Part shown: piece by piece, positions 9,361 to 17,458 of the stretch
Position numbering within the stretch: the stretch's first letter is position 1
How the letters are laid out: each line of letters opens with the position of its first letter
DNA from: Clostridia bacterium
Lineage (GTDB): Bacteria > Bacillota > Clostridia > UMGS1883
DNA length: 64,000 nt
Direction of reading: 5' to 3'
NCBI GenBank assembly: GCA_051866635.1
Contig: JBJDXJ010000038.1
Coordinates: 1 to 64,000, forward strand
Notes under the pieces: model-generated
Database searches by the model: none
What the model saw: only the letters and a program-made list of their open reading frames with translations
What the model was told of the DNA's origin: nothing
Translations under genes and position numbers: made by a program

Positions 9361-11277
9361 ATGAAAAAGGTTTTGAGTCTCCTTGTTGTTCTTTGCATGA
9401 TGTTTACGGCAGTGCCCTTTGCTACAGCTGCTGACTATTCTCTTGCAATTAACAACAATGCAGCAGTAATGGTAGGCAATACAAATGCCATCGCTTGGAA
9501 TATGATTGTCAATATTCCTGTGGCACCCGTTGAAGAAAACGGTGTTGTTTATGTACCTGCACAGTTTGTTGCAAGTGCGTTTGGCGGTGAGTATACATAT
9601 GATGCGGCAAGCGGTCTTGTCAGCATTAATATGGGCGGCGAAAGAATTGCATACTTGTTGGTAGGCAAGAACTACGCCTCCGTAAACGGTCGTATTTATA
9701 TTTCAGACAACCAGCCGAAAGTTGTAGACGGTCAGGTTATGGTGCCCGTACAGTTCATGGTTGAAACTATTCTCGGTAAGCACCTTTATTATGACAGTGC
9801 AAACAAGCTGGCTGTTATTACACAGCGTAAGTGCCTTTCCTCCCGTGATAAGGATGCAATCAGCACAATTTCCTCTGCTATAACAAGCGGCGTTCTTCCC
9901 GAAATTGTTATCCAGGCACCTGTGCTTGAAATTACATCAGGCGGCAATTCCAATGCTGAAACAGGCAAACTTACATTCGTATCTGTATCAGCAGATCAGG
10001 AACCTGAACCCGATAACAACGGTATGTGCATGATTGACGGTAACCTTAATTCAAGATGGGCATCTCAGGGTGCGGCAAGTGCAATACTTGACCTTGGCAG
10101 TGCAAAGCCCGTTACAAACATTAAGGTAGCTGTTTGGAAGCCTAACGAAAGAAGCACTAACTACTCTATTGAAGTTTCCGCAAACGGTGCAAGCTACGAA
10201 AAGATTTATGACGGCGGTTCCTCCGGCTCTACATATGACTCCTATGACGTAAACGATACAATTCGTTATGTCCGCATTAATACAAACGGTACAACAGTAG
10301 GTGACTGGGCAAGTATCCTTGAAGTTGAAGCATGGAACGGCACAGCTACAACAACTGTAGCAGTAGGCGGTGCAACAGGTAGCGTTGTAACAAGCCCTGT
10401 AGGCAGTAAGGTATCTCTTACGTCTAACATGGTTACCGTAAGCCAGACACCTGAAGCTGAAAACCATGGCGGCAACCTTGTTGATACAGATAAGTACACA
10501 GTATGGGCATCTCAGGGCGAAGCAAGTGCTGTAATTGACCTTGGAAGTGCTAAAACTGTTTCCACTGTTGGCGTTACAACAAAGATGTACGATGATGACA
10601 GAACAATCCCCTACAAGGTTGAAATCTCCACAGACGGTGCTAACTATACTCAGGTTTGGTCCGGTGAAAGTGATCCTCAGACAGATACAACAAAGTATAT
10701 TGCATTCTCTGCAGCTGCAAGATATGTACGTGTTACATTTATGGGTAACACAGTTTCAGGTTGGAACTCTGTAGGCGGTATCGAAGTTTACTCCTCCGGT
10801 GCGGCAACAGGCGTAACAACACCTGTTACAAACACAAATACTACAGCTTCCCAGGGAAGTGTTGTAACAAGTGCATCAGGCACAAAGGTAGCTCTTACGT
10901 CTAACATGCTTACTGCAAGCCAGACACCTGAAGCTGAAAACCATGCAGGCAACCTTGTTGACGGCAATAAGCAGACAGTATGGGCTTCTCAGAACGAAGC
11001 AAACGTTGTAATTGACCTTGGCAGTGCTAAGACGCTTTCTTCTGTAGGCGTTGCTATGAAGATGTATGATGATACAAGAACAATCCCCTACAAAATTGAA
11101 GTATCAACAGACGGTGCTTCCTATACAGAAATCTGGTCCGGTGACAGTGATCCTCAGACCGATACAACAAAGTATGTTTCCACATCCGCTTCCGCAAGAT
11201 ATATAAAAATTACAGCTTACGGAAATACAGTTTCCGGTTGGAACTCTGTTGCAGAAGTTGAAGTTTACACAAAGTAA
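9361..11277 (+). CDS. Secreted stalk-domain protein with three F5/8 type C (discoidin/CBM32-like) domains
   Basis: Signal peptide and stalk motif, then three repeats of DG....[RV]WAS....[IV].DLGS.K...IE.S.DG..Y...RY[VI].......W.S..E.EV. Confidence 0.8.
   Translation: MKKVLSLLVVLCMMFTAVPFATAADYSLAINNNAAVMVGNTNAIAWNMIVNIPVAPVEENGVVYVPAQFVASAFGGEYTYDAASGLVSINMGGERIAYLLVGKNYASVNGRIYISDNQPKVVDGQVMVPVQFMVETILGKHLYYDSANKLAVITQRKCLSSRDKDAISTISSAITSGVLPEIVIQAPVLEITSGGNSNAETGKLTFVSVSADQEPEPDNNGMCMIDGNLNSRWASQGAASAILDLGSAKPVTNIKVAVWKPNERSTNYSIEVSANGASYEKIYDGGSSGSTYDSYDVNDTIRYVRINTNGTTVGDWASILEVEAWNGTATTTVAVGGATGSVVTSPVGSKVSLTSNMVTVSQTPEAENHGGNLVDTDKYTVWASQGEASAVIDLGSAKTVSTVGVTTKMYDDDRTIPYKVEISTDGANYTQVWSGESDPQTDTTKYIAFSAAARYVRVTFMGNTVSGWNSVGGIEVYSSGAATGVTTPVTNTNTTASQGSVVTSASGTKVALTSNMLTASQTPEAENHAGNLVDGNKQTVWASQNEANVVIDLGSAKTLSSVGVAMKMYDDTRTIPYKIEVSTDGASYTEIWSGDSDPQTDTTKYVSTSASARYIKITAYGNTVSGWNSVAEVEVYTK
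10381..11268 (+). repeat. Intragenic tandem duplication of a discoidin domain (offset 477 bp)
   Basis: CTCTTACGTCTAACATG, AGCCAGACACCTGAAGCTGAAAACCATG and AGAACAATCCCCTACAA are shared between 10381-10791 and 10858-11268. Confidence 0.85.
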
Positions 11278-11305
11278 ATTTCACGCGGAGCGTGTTAAAA
11301 TTATA

Positions 11306-11348
11306 AGTGACAAAAGGGTTCCGCATCTTGCGGAACCCTTTTGTCACT
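11306..11348. terminator. Terminator hairpin
   Basis: Perfect 20-bp stem AGTGACAAAAGGGTTCCGCA/TGCGGAACCCTTTTGTCACT. Confidence 0.8.
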
Positions 11349-11384
11349 GTTTAGATAGTTAAAGTGTAAAGAGAGGGAATTTTT

Positions 11385-12548
11385 ATGAAAAAACTATTGT
11401 CAGTTTTTATGGCGGTCATGTTGGTATTAACGATGGTATGCCCTGCATTAGCAGAAGAAAATGAAATTAGTGTTTACTTAGATGCTGAAAAAATAGATTT
11501 TGATGTTAAACCTCAAATTATCAATGGAAGAACAATGGTCCCCATACGTGCGATTTTTGAAAAAATGGGTGCTGTTGTTGATTGGGACGGAAGTACGAAC
11601 ACGGCGGTATGTACTAAAGATGGCACAGTTGTTAAAATGACTGTTAACAGCATGGATATGTACATTAATAACCAAATAACAAAAATGGATGTTTCTCCCG
11701 TTGTTATTGAGGGACGAACTCTTGCACCTGTCAGATACGTTGCAGAAGCCTTTGGAGGATATGTTCAGTGGAGTGTGTTAAATAATGCAGTTGTAATATG
11801 TTCTAAGGATGTATATGCTTATACAGATTACCCCGATATTCCAGATTTGGGGCAATGTTACAATATTCCCATTTTAAGTGAAACAAACCATGATGGGTAC
11901 AAAGTTTTAACCTATGTTTACAGTGACATGAGCAATGATGATTATTATTCTTATTTGTATGATAACTCGGCGTTAGTATTAGGTAAATATTCAGAAGTAT
12001 GGTATTATTTGGAGGATGATATTGTAGTTTTTATATATACAAAGGAATATGAGGATACTCCGAGATATTACATTGTCAGAAGTTATGACGAAAATGACTC
12101 TATGGTTTTTAAAGTGATGATACCGGACGGGTTAACTGCAGAAAACAGAGTAACTTTATATGCGTCTGACGGAAGAACAATAGAAGTTTTTGAAAGTGAA
12201 GTTGCCACATACTTAAATTTGGGATGGTATAGCACATTGGCGGAAACACAGCAGACATTGTATGCTCCCGATGGGAGAACTGTAACTGTTTTTAAATCAG
12301 AAGTTCAGGCGTATAGAAATGCTGGTTGGTACGAAACAAAATATGATGCACAAAATGCAAATAAAGTTTCGACTGAAAAGAATAATTCAGCAGCCTCAAA
12401 CAACATGAAAACAGGCGGTGTGTATTGCACTCCTACCGGAAAAAGGTATCATTTTGACCCCGATTGTGGTGGTAAGAACAGTAGAGAAACTACCTTGAGC
12501 AGTGCAATTGCGATAGGGCTTACTCCTTGTGAAAAATGTGCGAAATAA
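11385..12548 (+). CDS. Copper amine oxidase stalk-domain secreted protein with C-terminal Cys/His metal-binding module
   Basis: Signal peptide; PQIINGRTMVPIRAIFE.MGA.V.W; two TLYA.DGRT..VF.SEV..Y...GWY repeats; TPTGKRYH...C...GLTPCEKC. Confidence 0.75.
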   Translation: MKKLLSVFMAVMLVLTMVCPALAEENEISVYLDAEKIDFDVKPQIINGRTMVPIRAIFEKMGAVVDWDGSTNTAVCTKDGTVVKMTVNSMDMYINNQITKMDVSPVVIEGRTLAPVRYVAEAFGGYVQWSVLNNAVVICSKDVYAYTDYPDIPDLGQCYNIPILSETNHDGYKVLTYVYSDMSNDDYYSYLYDNSALVLGKYSEVWYYLEDDIVVFIYTKEYEDTPRYYIVRSYDENDSMVFKVMIPDGLTAENRVTLYASDGRTIEVFESEVATYLNLGWYSTLAETQQTLYAPDGRTVTVFKSEVQAYRNAGWYETKYDAQNANKVSTEKNNSAASNNMKTGGVYCTPTGKRYHFDPDCGGKNSRETTLSSAIAIGLTPCEKCAK

Positions 12549-12567
12549 AAAAGAAAGGCAGTAATTT

Positions 12568-12595
12568 TGAACCCAACCCTGTCAAGTAGACCGTG
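12568..12595 (+). mobile_element. Possible isolated IS3-family terminal inverted repeat
   Basis: TGAACCCAACCCTGTCAAGTAGAC resembles the 5'-TG ends of Clostridial IS3-family elements (from recall); no transposase follows. Confidence 0.4.
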
Positions 12596-12615
12596 TAAAT
12601 AACAAAAATTTTATG

Positions 12616-12650
12616 ATATGCACTCCGCATTTTGAGGGGTGCATATTTTT
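12616..12650 (+). terminator. Intrinsic terminator
   Basis: ATATGCACTCC/GGGGTGCATAT stem followed by TTTT. Confidence 0.65.
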
Positions 12651-12723
12651 GCGTTGGAATTTTAAGAGTTGCAAGCTGTAGACCGAACCTTTTACACCTT
12701 CTGCTGTCCATTTTTGGTAAAAC

Positions 12724-12752
12724 TTGACGGATAAGCATTAAGCTGTTATACT
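12724..12752 (+). promoter_or_regulatory. Orphan extended -10 sigmaA promoter
   Basis: TTGACG-17 bp-TATACT with TG at -15/-14; no ORF of 60 aa or more on + before 13433. Confidence 0.5.
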
Positions 12753-12936
12753 GAATTTAGAAAATAGTTTTAGCACGTTGGGCAAAATCAAAAACTAAAT
12801 AAAAATCAAATCTGCGACATGATAGGTTTGCGTAAAGGAATAACAAGCGTATGGCATTTTGAAGAGTGTTGGTATTATGTTCGGTATAGAGTTCTTTAAA
12901 TAAGTGCAATTAATTTATATAAGGCTGATGTGCCGT

Positions 12937-12954
12937 AACACAAGGGGACGGTTA
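12937..12954 (+). repeat. REP-like repeat (left boundary)
   Basis: AACACAAGGGGACGGTTA; exact reverse complement at 15630-15647. Confidence 0.75.
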
Positions 12955-13076
12955 GAAACCGGGAGGGATAAGTTAATGAAAGATAAGATAAAATTATCGC
13001 ATTATATTTACCGACAGTGATTACATTAATAAAAACAATATGTGGGGTAATTTTGGCAAAGATGAGTCTGCCATGA

Positions 13077-13213
13077 TTGCCAAGAGAAGAAAGCGAAAGT
13101 GGAAAACCTATAATGCTTACACAAAACTTATTAATTGAAGAGCAAAGGGTTGTCTTATCGACAGATTAGTCGATTGACAGGGGATTAGCTTTACAATTGC
13201 GAGAAGAGAATAA
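13077..13213 (+). pseudogene. Collapsed remnant of a REP-associated tyrosine (Y1/HUH) transposase (RAYT-like)
   Basis: LPREESESGKPIML resembles the N-terminus MPRxxRKKSESGIYHIML; a shifted frame gives LKSKGLSYRQISRLTG(+1)ISFTIARRE*, resembling the C-terminal HTH of Clostridial RAYTs; catalytic core is missing. Confidence 0.6.
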
Positions 13214-13264
13214 AAGAGCAATAAAACCATTAAGCGAATTTTCAAAAATAATAAAGTCAATATG

Positions 13265-13310
13265 ATGACCGTATGACCGGAAATAATTCGGAGATACGGT
13301 CATTGTTTTG
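13265..13310 (+). terminator. Terminator-like hairpin
   Basis: ATGACCGTAT..CCGGA/TTCGG..ATACGGTCAT followed by TGTTTTG. Confidence 0.5.
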
Positions 13311-13380
13311 TACAAATATGACAATAATAATTTTGCTTCTATTTTAAAGTTATTTGCATTATAAAATATAAATATATTAA

Positions 13381-13409
13381 TTGACATAATAAACTTTTCA
13401 GTTTATAAT
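13381..13409 (+). promoter_or_regulatory. Consensus sigmaA promoter with overlapping palindromic operator
   Basis: TTGACA-17 bp-TATAAT; ATAAACT-N4-AGTTTAT (13389-13406) covers the spacer and -10. Confidence 0.75.
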
Positions 13410-13432
13410 TTAGATAAAGGGGGCAAAATATA

Positions 13433-13651
13433 GTGAGAATTGATGAAAATTTGAAAATGATTTGTGTAAAATCCAATATGTCTTTGGCGGAAATAGCAAG
13501 AAGACTAAATAAAACTCCACAGGCTTTTAATCAAAAAATGAAAAGAGGGAAGTTTTCAGTAGAAGAATTGATGGATATTGCACTTGTATCAGGATGTGAA
13601 TTAAAATGTGAGTTTATATATCCAAATGGAGATAGAATAATCATTGTATAA
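13433..13651 (+). CDS. Small XRE/Cro-type HTH regulator
   Basis: MSLAEIARRLNKTPQAFNQKMKRGKFSVEEL..IA; GTG start with SD AAAGGGGG. Confidence 0.8.
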   Translation: MRIDENLKMICVKSNMSLAEIARRLNKTPQAFNQKMKRGKFSVEELMDIALVSGCELKCEFIYPNGDRIIIV

Positions 13652-13666
13652 TTGAGGAGAGAGATT

Positions 13667-14542
13667 ATGATTGAGTATATTGAAGGCGATATATTTGAAA
13701 GTCCTGCACAAGTTATTGTAAATACGGTTAATACAGTTGGTGTTATGGGGAAAGGCTTGGCACTTTCGTTTAAACAACGCTATCCGGAAATGTTTGAAAG
13801 GTACAAGACTGCTTGTGAAAAACATTTGCTCACAATTGGAAAACTTATGCTGTTTTATGAGGCAGATCATTGGCTTTTATTGTTTCCTACAAAAGAGAAT
13901 TGGAGAAATCCGTCCAAGCTTGAATATATAGAAAAAGGATTAATGAAATTTGTTCAAACTTACGCAGAAAAAAATATAACATCTATTGCATTTCCTCGCC
14001 TTGGATGTGGTAACGGAGAATTGGATTGGAATGATGTTAAACCTCTTATGGAGCGATATTTAAAAAATTTACCAATAGATGTTTATATTTATTTGGGAAA
14101 TAATCCTGATATTGTGCCGGAGCATAAAGAATATAAAAAAACAATAAGTTGGCTTAAAGAAAATGCTAAAGATATGTCTTTTAATGGTGTTAAAGATGAT
14201 TTAACCTATTTGAGCTCGATATTGCCATATCCCTTTGAAGTGAATAAGAAGCAATATGAAATGAAGTATTGTGAAGATAAGTTGCATATTGTTGCCGTTG
14301 GAACAGATAGTGTGTGGGAAATTGAGGAAAATCTTTTGTATAGCATATGGGATGATATTCGTGTTCGTTCGGTCTTTTCCGAAAACGGTGCAAACGAGGT
14401 TGAAAGGATAGTATATGGATTATTACATTTTGCAGGCTACTTATCAAAAATTAAACTTTTTAATTCAAAGTTAAATCAAATGGAAGATGGGTATCAAATC
14501 AATGCAGGGCGAGGGAGAGTTCTTGCGTTTAAGGAGGTCTAA
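13667..14542 (+). CDS. darG: Macrodomain DNA ADP-ribosylglycohydrolase antitoxin, DarG-like
   Basis: GDIFES.AQVIVNTVNTVGVMGKGLAL.FK.RYP, LFPTKENWRNPS, SIAFPRLGCGNGELDW; SD GAGGAG. Confidence 0.85.
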   Translation: MIEYIEGDIFESPAQVIVNTVNTVGVMGKGLALSFKQRYPEMFERYKTACEKHLLTIGKLMLFYEADHWLLLFPTKENWRNPSKLEYIEKGLMKFVQTYAEKNITSIAFPRLGCGNGELDWNDVKPLMERYLKNLPIDVYIYLGNNPDIVPEHKEYKKTISWLKENAKDMSFNGVKDDLTYLSSILPYPFEVNKKQYEMKYCEDKLHIVAVGTDSVWEIEENLLYSIWDDIRVRSVFSENGANEVERIVYGLLHFAGYLSKIKLFNSKLNQMEDGYQINAGRGRVLAFKEV

Positions 14543-14544
14543 AG

Positions 14545-15579
14545 ATGGATTATGTTAACATTATCCGAGAAAACTGCGAAAAGCATAGCCCTGTCTCTTG
14601 GTGGCCTAAGTTTGCGTTTCATTATACAGATGTAACAAATGCAGCCAGCATTTTGAGTTCAGGATATTTATATAGTCGAGCAGATGCTTCTACCCTTAGA
14701 GTTATGAGAAACGATAACGCAAGCCGACACGTGATTGACATAACAAATTCGGGGGTGATTTCGAAAGTAAGATTTTATTTCAGACCCCTCACGCCTACCC
14801 AATATTATAATGAGGGATATAAACATCCGGCACTTAGATACGACTGCGATGAAAATGCAAATGTACCTGTTCCTATTTTTTTGCTATTCGATTTGAATAA
14901 ACTATTATCGCTTCCGGGGGTAGAGTTTTCGGAAATATCGCAGGCAGGTCACGGGGCAATTGCATATAGAGGAGTGGAGGCATTTTCAAACTTAAATTTT
15001 GATTATATCTATGATAATTCTTATCAAAATTTAAGTACTACTAAGGCATATCGTCATGCAGAAATTACACATCCAAATTCAATGCCGATAGAATCCTGTA
15101 TTAAAACTGTTTTATGCAGAAATAGTTTGGAACGCACTACGTTAATTAATTTGTTAAGAGAAGAAAATCCAACTGCTTTTGCAAGGTATCAAAAAATTAT
15201 TAAAGTGCACAATGACGATACCTTTGAAAACAATGGCTTCTTTATTTCGGACTGCTCATATCACAATAATACAGTCAGTATTGCGTTTTCAGATACATAT
15301 GCAAGCAAAAAGTATGTAGAACGAATGATGAAAAAGAATGACTTAGGCGATTTAAAACCCATAAGAGTAACAGTTTGGCTGAAATGGTTTAATTCCAGAA
15401 CTGTATACAATCGAGAATCTATAGAAACTACGGTTGATATTCGTAACTCGCGTGGTATTACAATTAAGGGACTGCCTACAATTCGTCAGGCAAAAGATAT
15501 TGGCATTGAAGTTTATTTTGATGATAAACTGATGTGTTCTATAAAACAACCAATTGAGATGTCGGAATTGTGGAAATAG
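14545..15579 (+). CDS. darT: DarT-like (DUF4433) ssDNA ADP-ribosyltransferase toxin with C-terminal extension
   Basis: FHYTDVTNAASILSSGYLYSR, VRFYFRPLTPTQY and RHAEI (catalytic Glu position); 2 nt downstream of the macrodomain gene. Confidence 0.8.
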   Translation: MDYVNIIRENCEKHSPVSWWPKFAFHYTDVTNAASILSSGYLYSRADASTLRVMRNDNASRHVIDITNSGVISKVRFYFRPLTPTQYYNEGYKHPALRYDCDENANVPVPIFLLFDLNKLLSLPGVEFSEISQAGHGAIAYRGVEAFSNLNFDYIYDNSYQNLSTTKAYRHAEITHPNSMPIESCIKTVLCRNSLERTTLINLLREENPTAFARYQKIIKVHNDDTFENNGFFISDCSYHNNTVSIAFSDTYASKKYVERMMKKNDLGDLKPIRVTVWLKWFNSRTVYNRESIETTVDIRNSRGITIKGLPTIRQAKDIGIEVYFDDKLMCSIKQPIEMSELWK

Positions 15580-15599
15580 GAATATAGAACTCCCATAAT

Positions 15600-15647
15600 A
15601 AACAGAAGGGGACGAGTTGGTATTTACATTAACCGTCCCCTTGTGTT
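15600..15647. repeat. REP-like doublet (right boundary)
   Basis: AACAGAAGGGGACGAGTT..TAACCGTCCCCTTGTGTT hairpin; the second arm is the exact inverse of 12937-12954. Confidence 0.75.
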
Positions 15648-15730
15648 TTCGGACATTTTTAAAAGGCAAAGCCGTTCAAGGCTTAAATTTTTTTGAAAAT
15701 AAAATGTTTACTAAAATATTCAAAAAAGTA

Positions 15731-15761
15731 TTGACCCTCACGTTACGATATAGTATATACT
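15731..15761 (+). promoter_or_regulatory. MerR-type promoter with 19-bp spacer
   Basis: TTGACC-CTCACGTTACGATATAGTA-TATACT, similar to tipA/mta promoters. Confidence 0.75.
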
Positions 15762-15783
15762 CATAATCAAGGGAGGCGGTAAA

Positions 15784-16530
15784 ATGAAACTGCACATAAG
15801 AGAATTTGCAAAACTCACGGGAGTGAGCGTGCGCACACTACACTTTTACGACGAAATCGGACTGCTGAAACCGTCATCTGTTGACGAGCAGAACGGATAC
15901 CGTTTTTATGATGAGTATACACTTACTAAAATGCAGGAGATTTTGTTTTACCGTGAGCTGGATTTTCCTTTGAAAGAAATTCGGATGATTTTATCCTCTC
16001 CCGACTATGACAAGCAAAATGCGTTGAAAGAGCAAAAACATTTACTGGAGCTTAAAAAAGAACGTCTGGAAAGGCTCATTTCAGCTCTGGACGACGTAAT
16101 GAAAGGAGAAATTGTAAATATGAATGTTTTTGATAACAGTGAATTTGAAGCAAAGCGTGACCAATACGCGAAAGAAGCCAAGGAAAAGTGGGGTAATACT
16201 GCCGCTTATAAGGAGAACTCCGAAAAGGTCAAAAACTATTCGGCGGACAAATGGGAGCAAATAAACTCCGCTATGGACAGCAAAATTGCAGAATTTGCAG
16301 ACTGCAAAAGAAAGGGCTTTGTGCCCGACAGCCAAAAAGCACAGGAGCTTTCAAAAAAATGGCAGGATTTTATTACAGAAAACTACTACACCTGTACAAA
16401 AGAAATTCTTGCCTATCTTGCCGAAATGTATGTTGCCGATGAGAGGTTCAGGTCAAATATAGACAGGCACGGCAGCGGCACGGCGCAGTTTATGAGCGAT
16501 GCAATAAAAGCGTACTGCAAATTGTTGTAA
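15784..16530 (+). CDS. MerR-family regulator with TipAS antibiotic-recognition domain (TipA/Mta-like)
   Basis: IREFAKLTGVSVRTLHFYDEIGLLKP; Y.KEAKEKWG.T.AY, LAEMYVADERF...ID. Confidence 0.9.
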   Translation: MKLHIREFAKLTGVSVRTLHFYDEIGLLKPSSVDEQNGYRFYDEYTLTKMQEILFYRELDFPLKEIRMILSSPDYDKQNALKEQKHLLELKKERLERLISALDDVMKGEIVNMNVFDNSEFEAKRDQYAKEAKEKWGNTAAYKENSEKVKNYSADKWEQINSAMDSKIAEFADCKRKGFVPDSQKAQELSKKWQDFITENYYTCTKEILAYLAEMYVADERFRSNIDRHGSGTAQFMSDAIKAYCKLL

Positions 16531-16633
16531 TTCTGTAAGTTTAAGGACTGTGAAAATTGAATATACAGGATAAAAACAAACCCTACACTATAACACCAAC
16601 CTTTTAGCTTATGTTATCCTCTAAGATAGTGAG

Positions 16634-17386
16634 GTGATATGCGTGACAACATATAAAACTGCTCAGGTTGCTGAAATTATCGGAATACATCCCAACACAG
16701 TACGGTTATATGAAAAACTAGAGCTAATCCCCAAGCCCGAAAGACTTCCAAACGGATACAGGGTATTTACGGACTTTCACATAGAACAGTGCCGCTTAGT
16801 GCGGATTGCCTTTGGGGTGGAAGTGTTGCAAAACGGTCTCAGAAAGACAATCATTAAAATGCTCAAGGCTTCTGCCACGGGGGATTTTGATACTGCAATT
16901 TTACTAATCGATGAATATATTAAAACAATTAAGCAGGAAATCATTAAAGCCCGGGAAGCTGTTGAAATTGTAAAACAGCTTTTGACACACAGTGAGCAGT
17001 CCCACACGCAGAGCTTAAAGCGGAAAGAAGTTTCAAAAGCACTTGACATTTCTGTTGATACGCTCCGAAATTGGGAGATGAACGGATTAATTACCGTGAA
17101 AAGAAAAGAAAACGGGTACCGCATATATACGGATGGCGACATCAGACTTCTTAAAGTCATTCGCACCTTGCGATGTGCAAATTATTCACTGGAAGCTATT
17201 TTGCGGCTGTTACAAAAGTTATCTCAAAACCCGTATACGGATATTCAGACTGTGCTGAATACACCAAAACAATCCGATGATATTATTTCTGTTTGCGACA
17301 GACTGATTGTTTCTTTGTCTGAAGCGGAGAAAAACGCTTATAAAATACGCACCATGCTAAAGGATATGAAAATCAGATTTTTGTAA
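16634..17386 (+). CDS. MerR-family regulator with two HTH domains
   Basis: TAQVAEIIGIHPNTVRLYE and RKEVSKALDISVDTLRNWEMNGLI; start may be the GTG at 16643. Confidence 0.85.
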   Translation: MICVTTYKTAQVAEIIGIHPNTVRLYEKLELIPKPERLPNGYRVFTDFHIEQCRLVRIAFGVEVLQNGLRKTIIKMLKASATGDFDTAILLIDEYIKTIKQEIIKAREAVEIVKQLLTHSEQSHTQSLKRKEVSKALDISVDTLRNWEMNGLITVKRKENGYRIYTDGDIRLLKVIRTLRCANYSLEAILRLLQKLSQNPYTDIQTVLNTPKQSDDIISVCDRLIVSLSEAEKNAYKIRTMLKDMKIRFL

Positions 17387-17458
17387 CCCTACACTTTGCC
17401 ACCAATGTTTTCATTGGTGGTATTCTTATTTTGAAAATAAGACAAAGGAGGCATTATT

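Noticed and set aside
10381-11268. Possible diversity-generating retroelement TR/VR pair
   Set aside because: Both copies are in-frame protein domains, differences are not adenine-specific, and no reverse transcriptase is present
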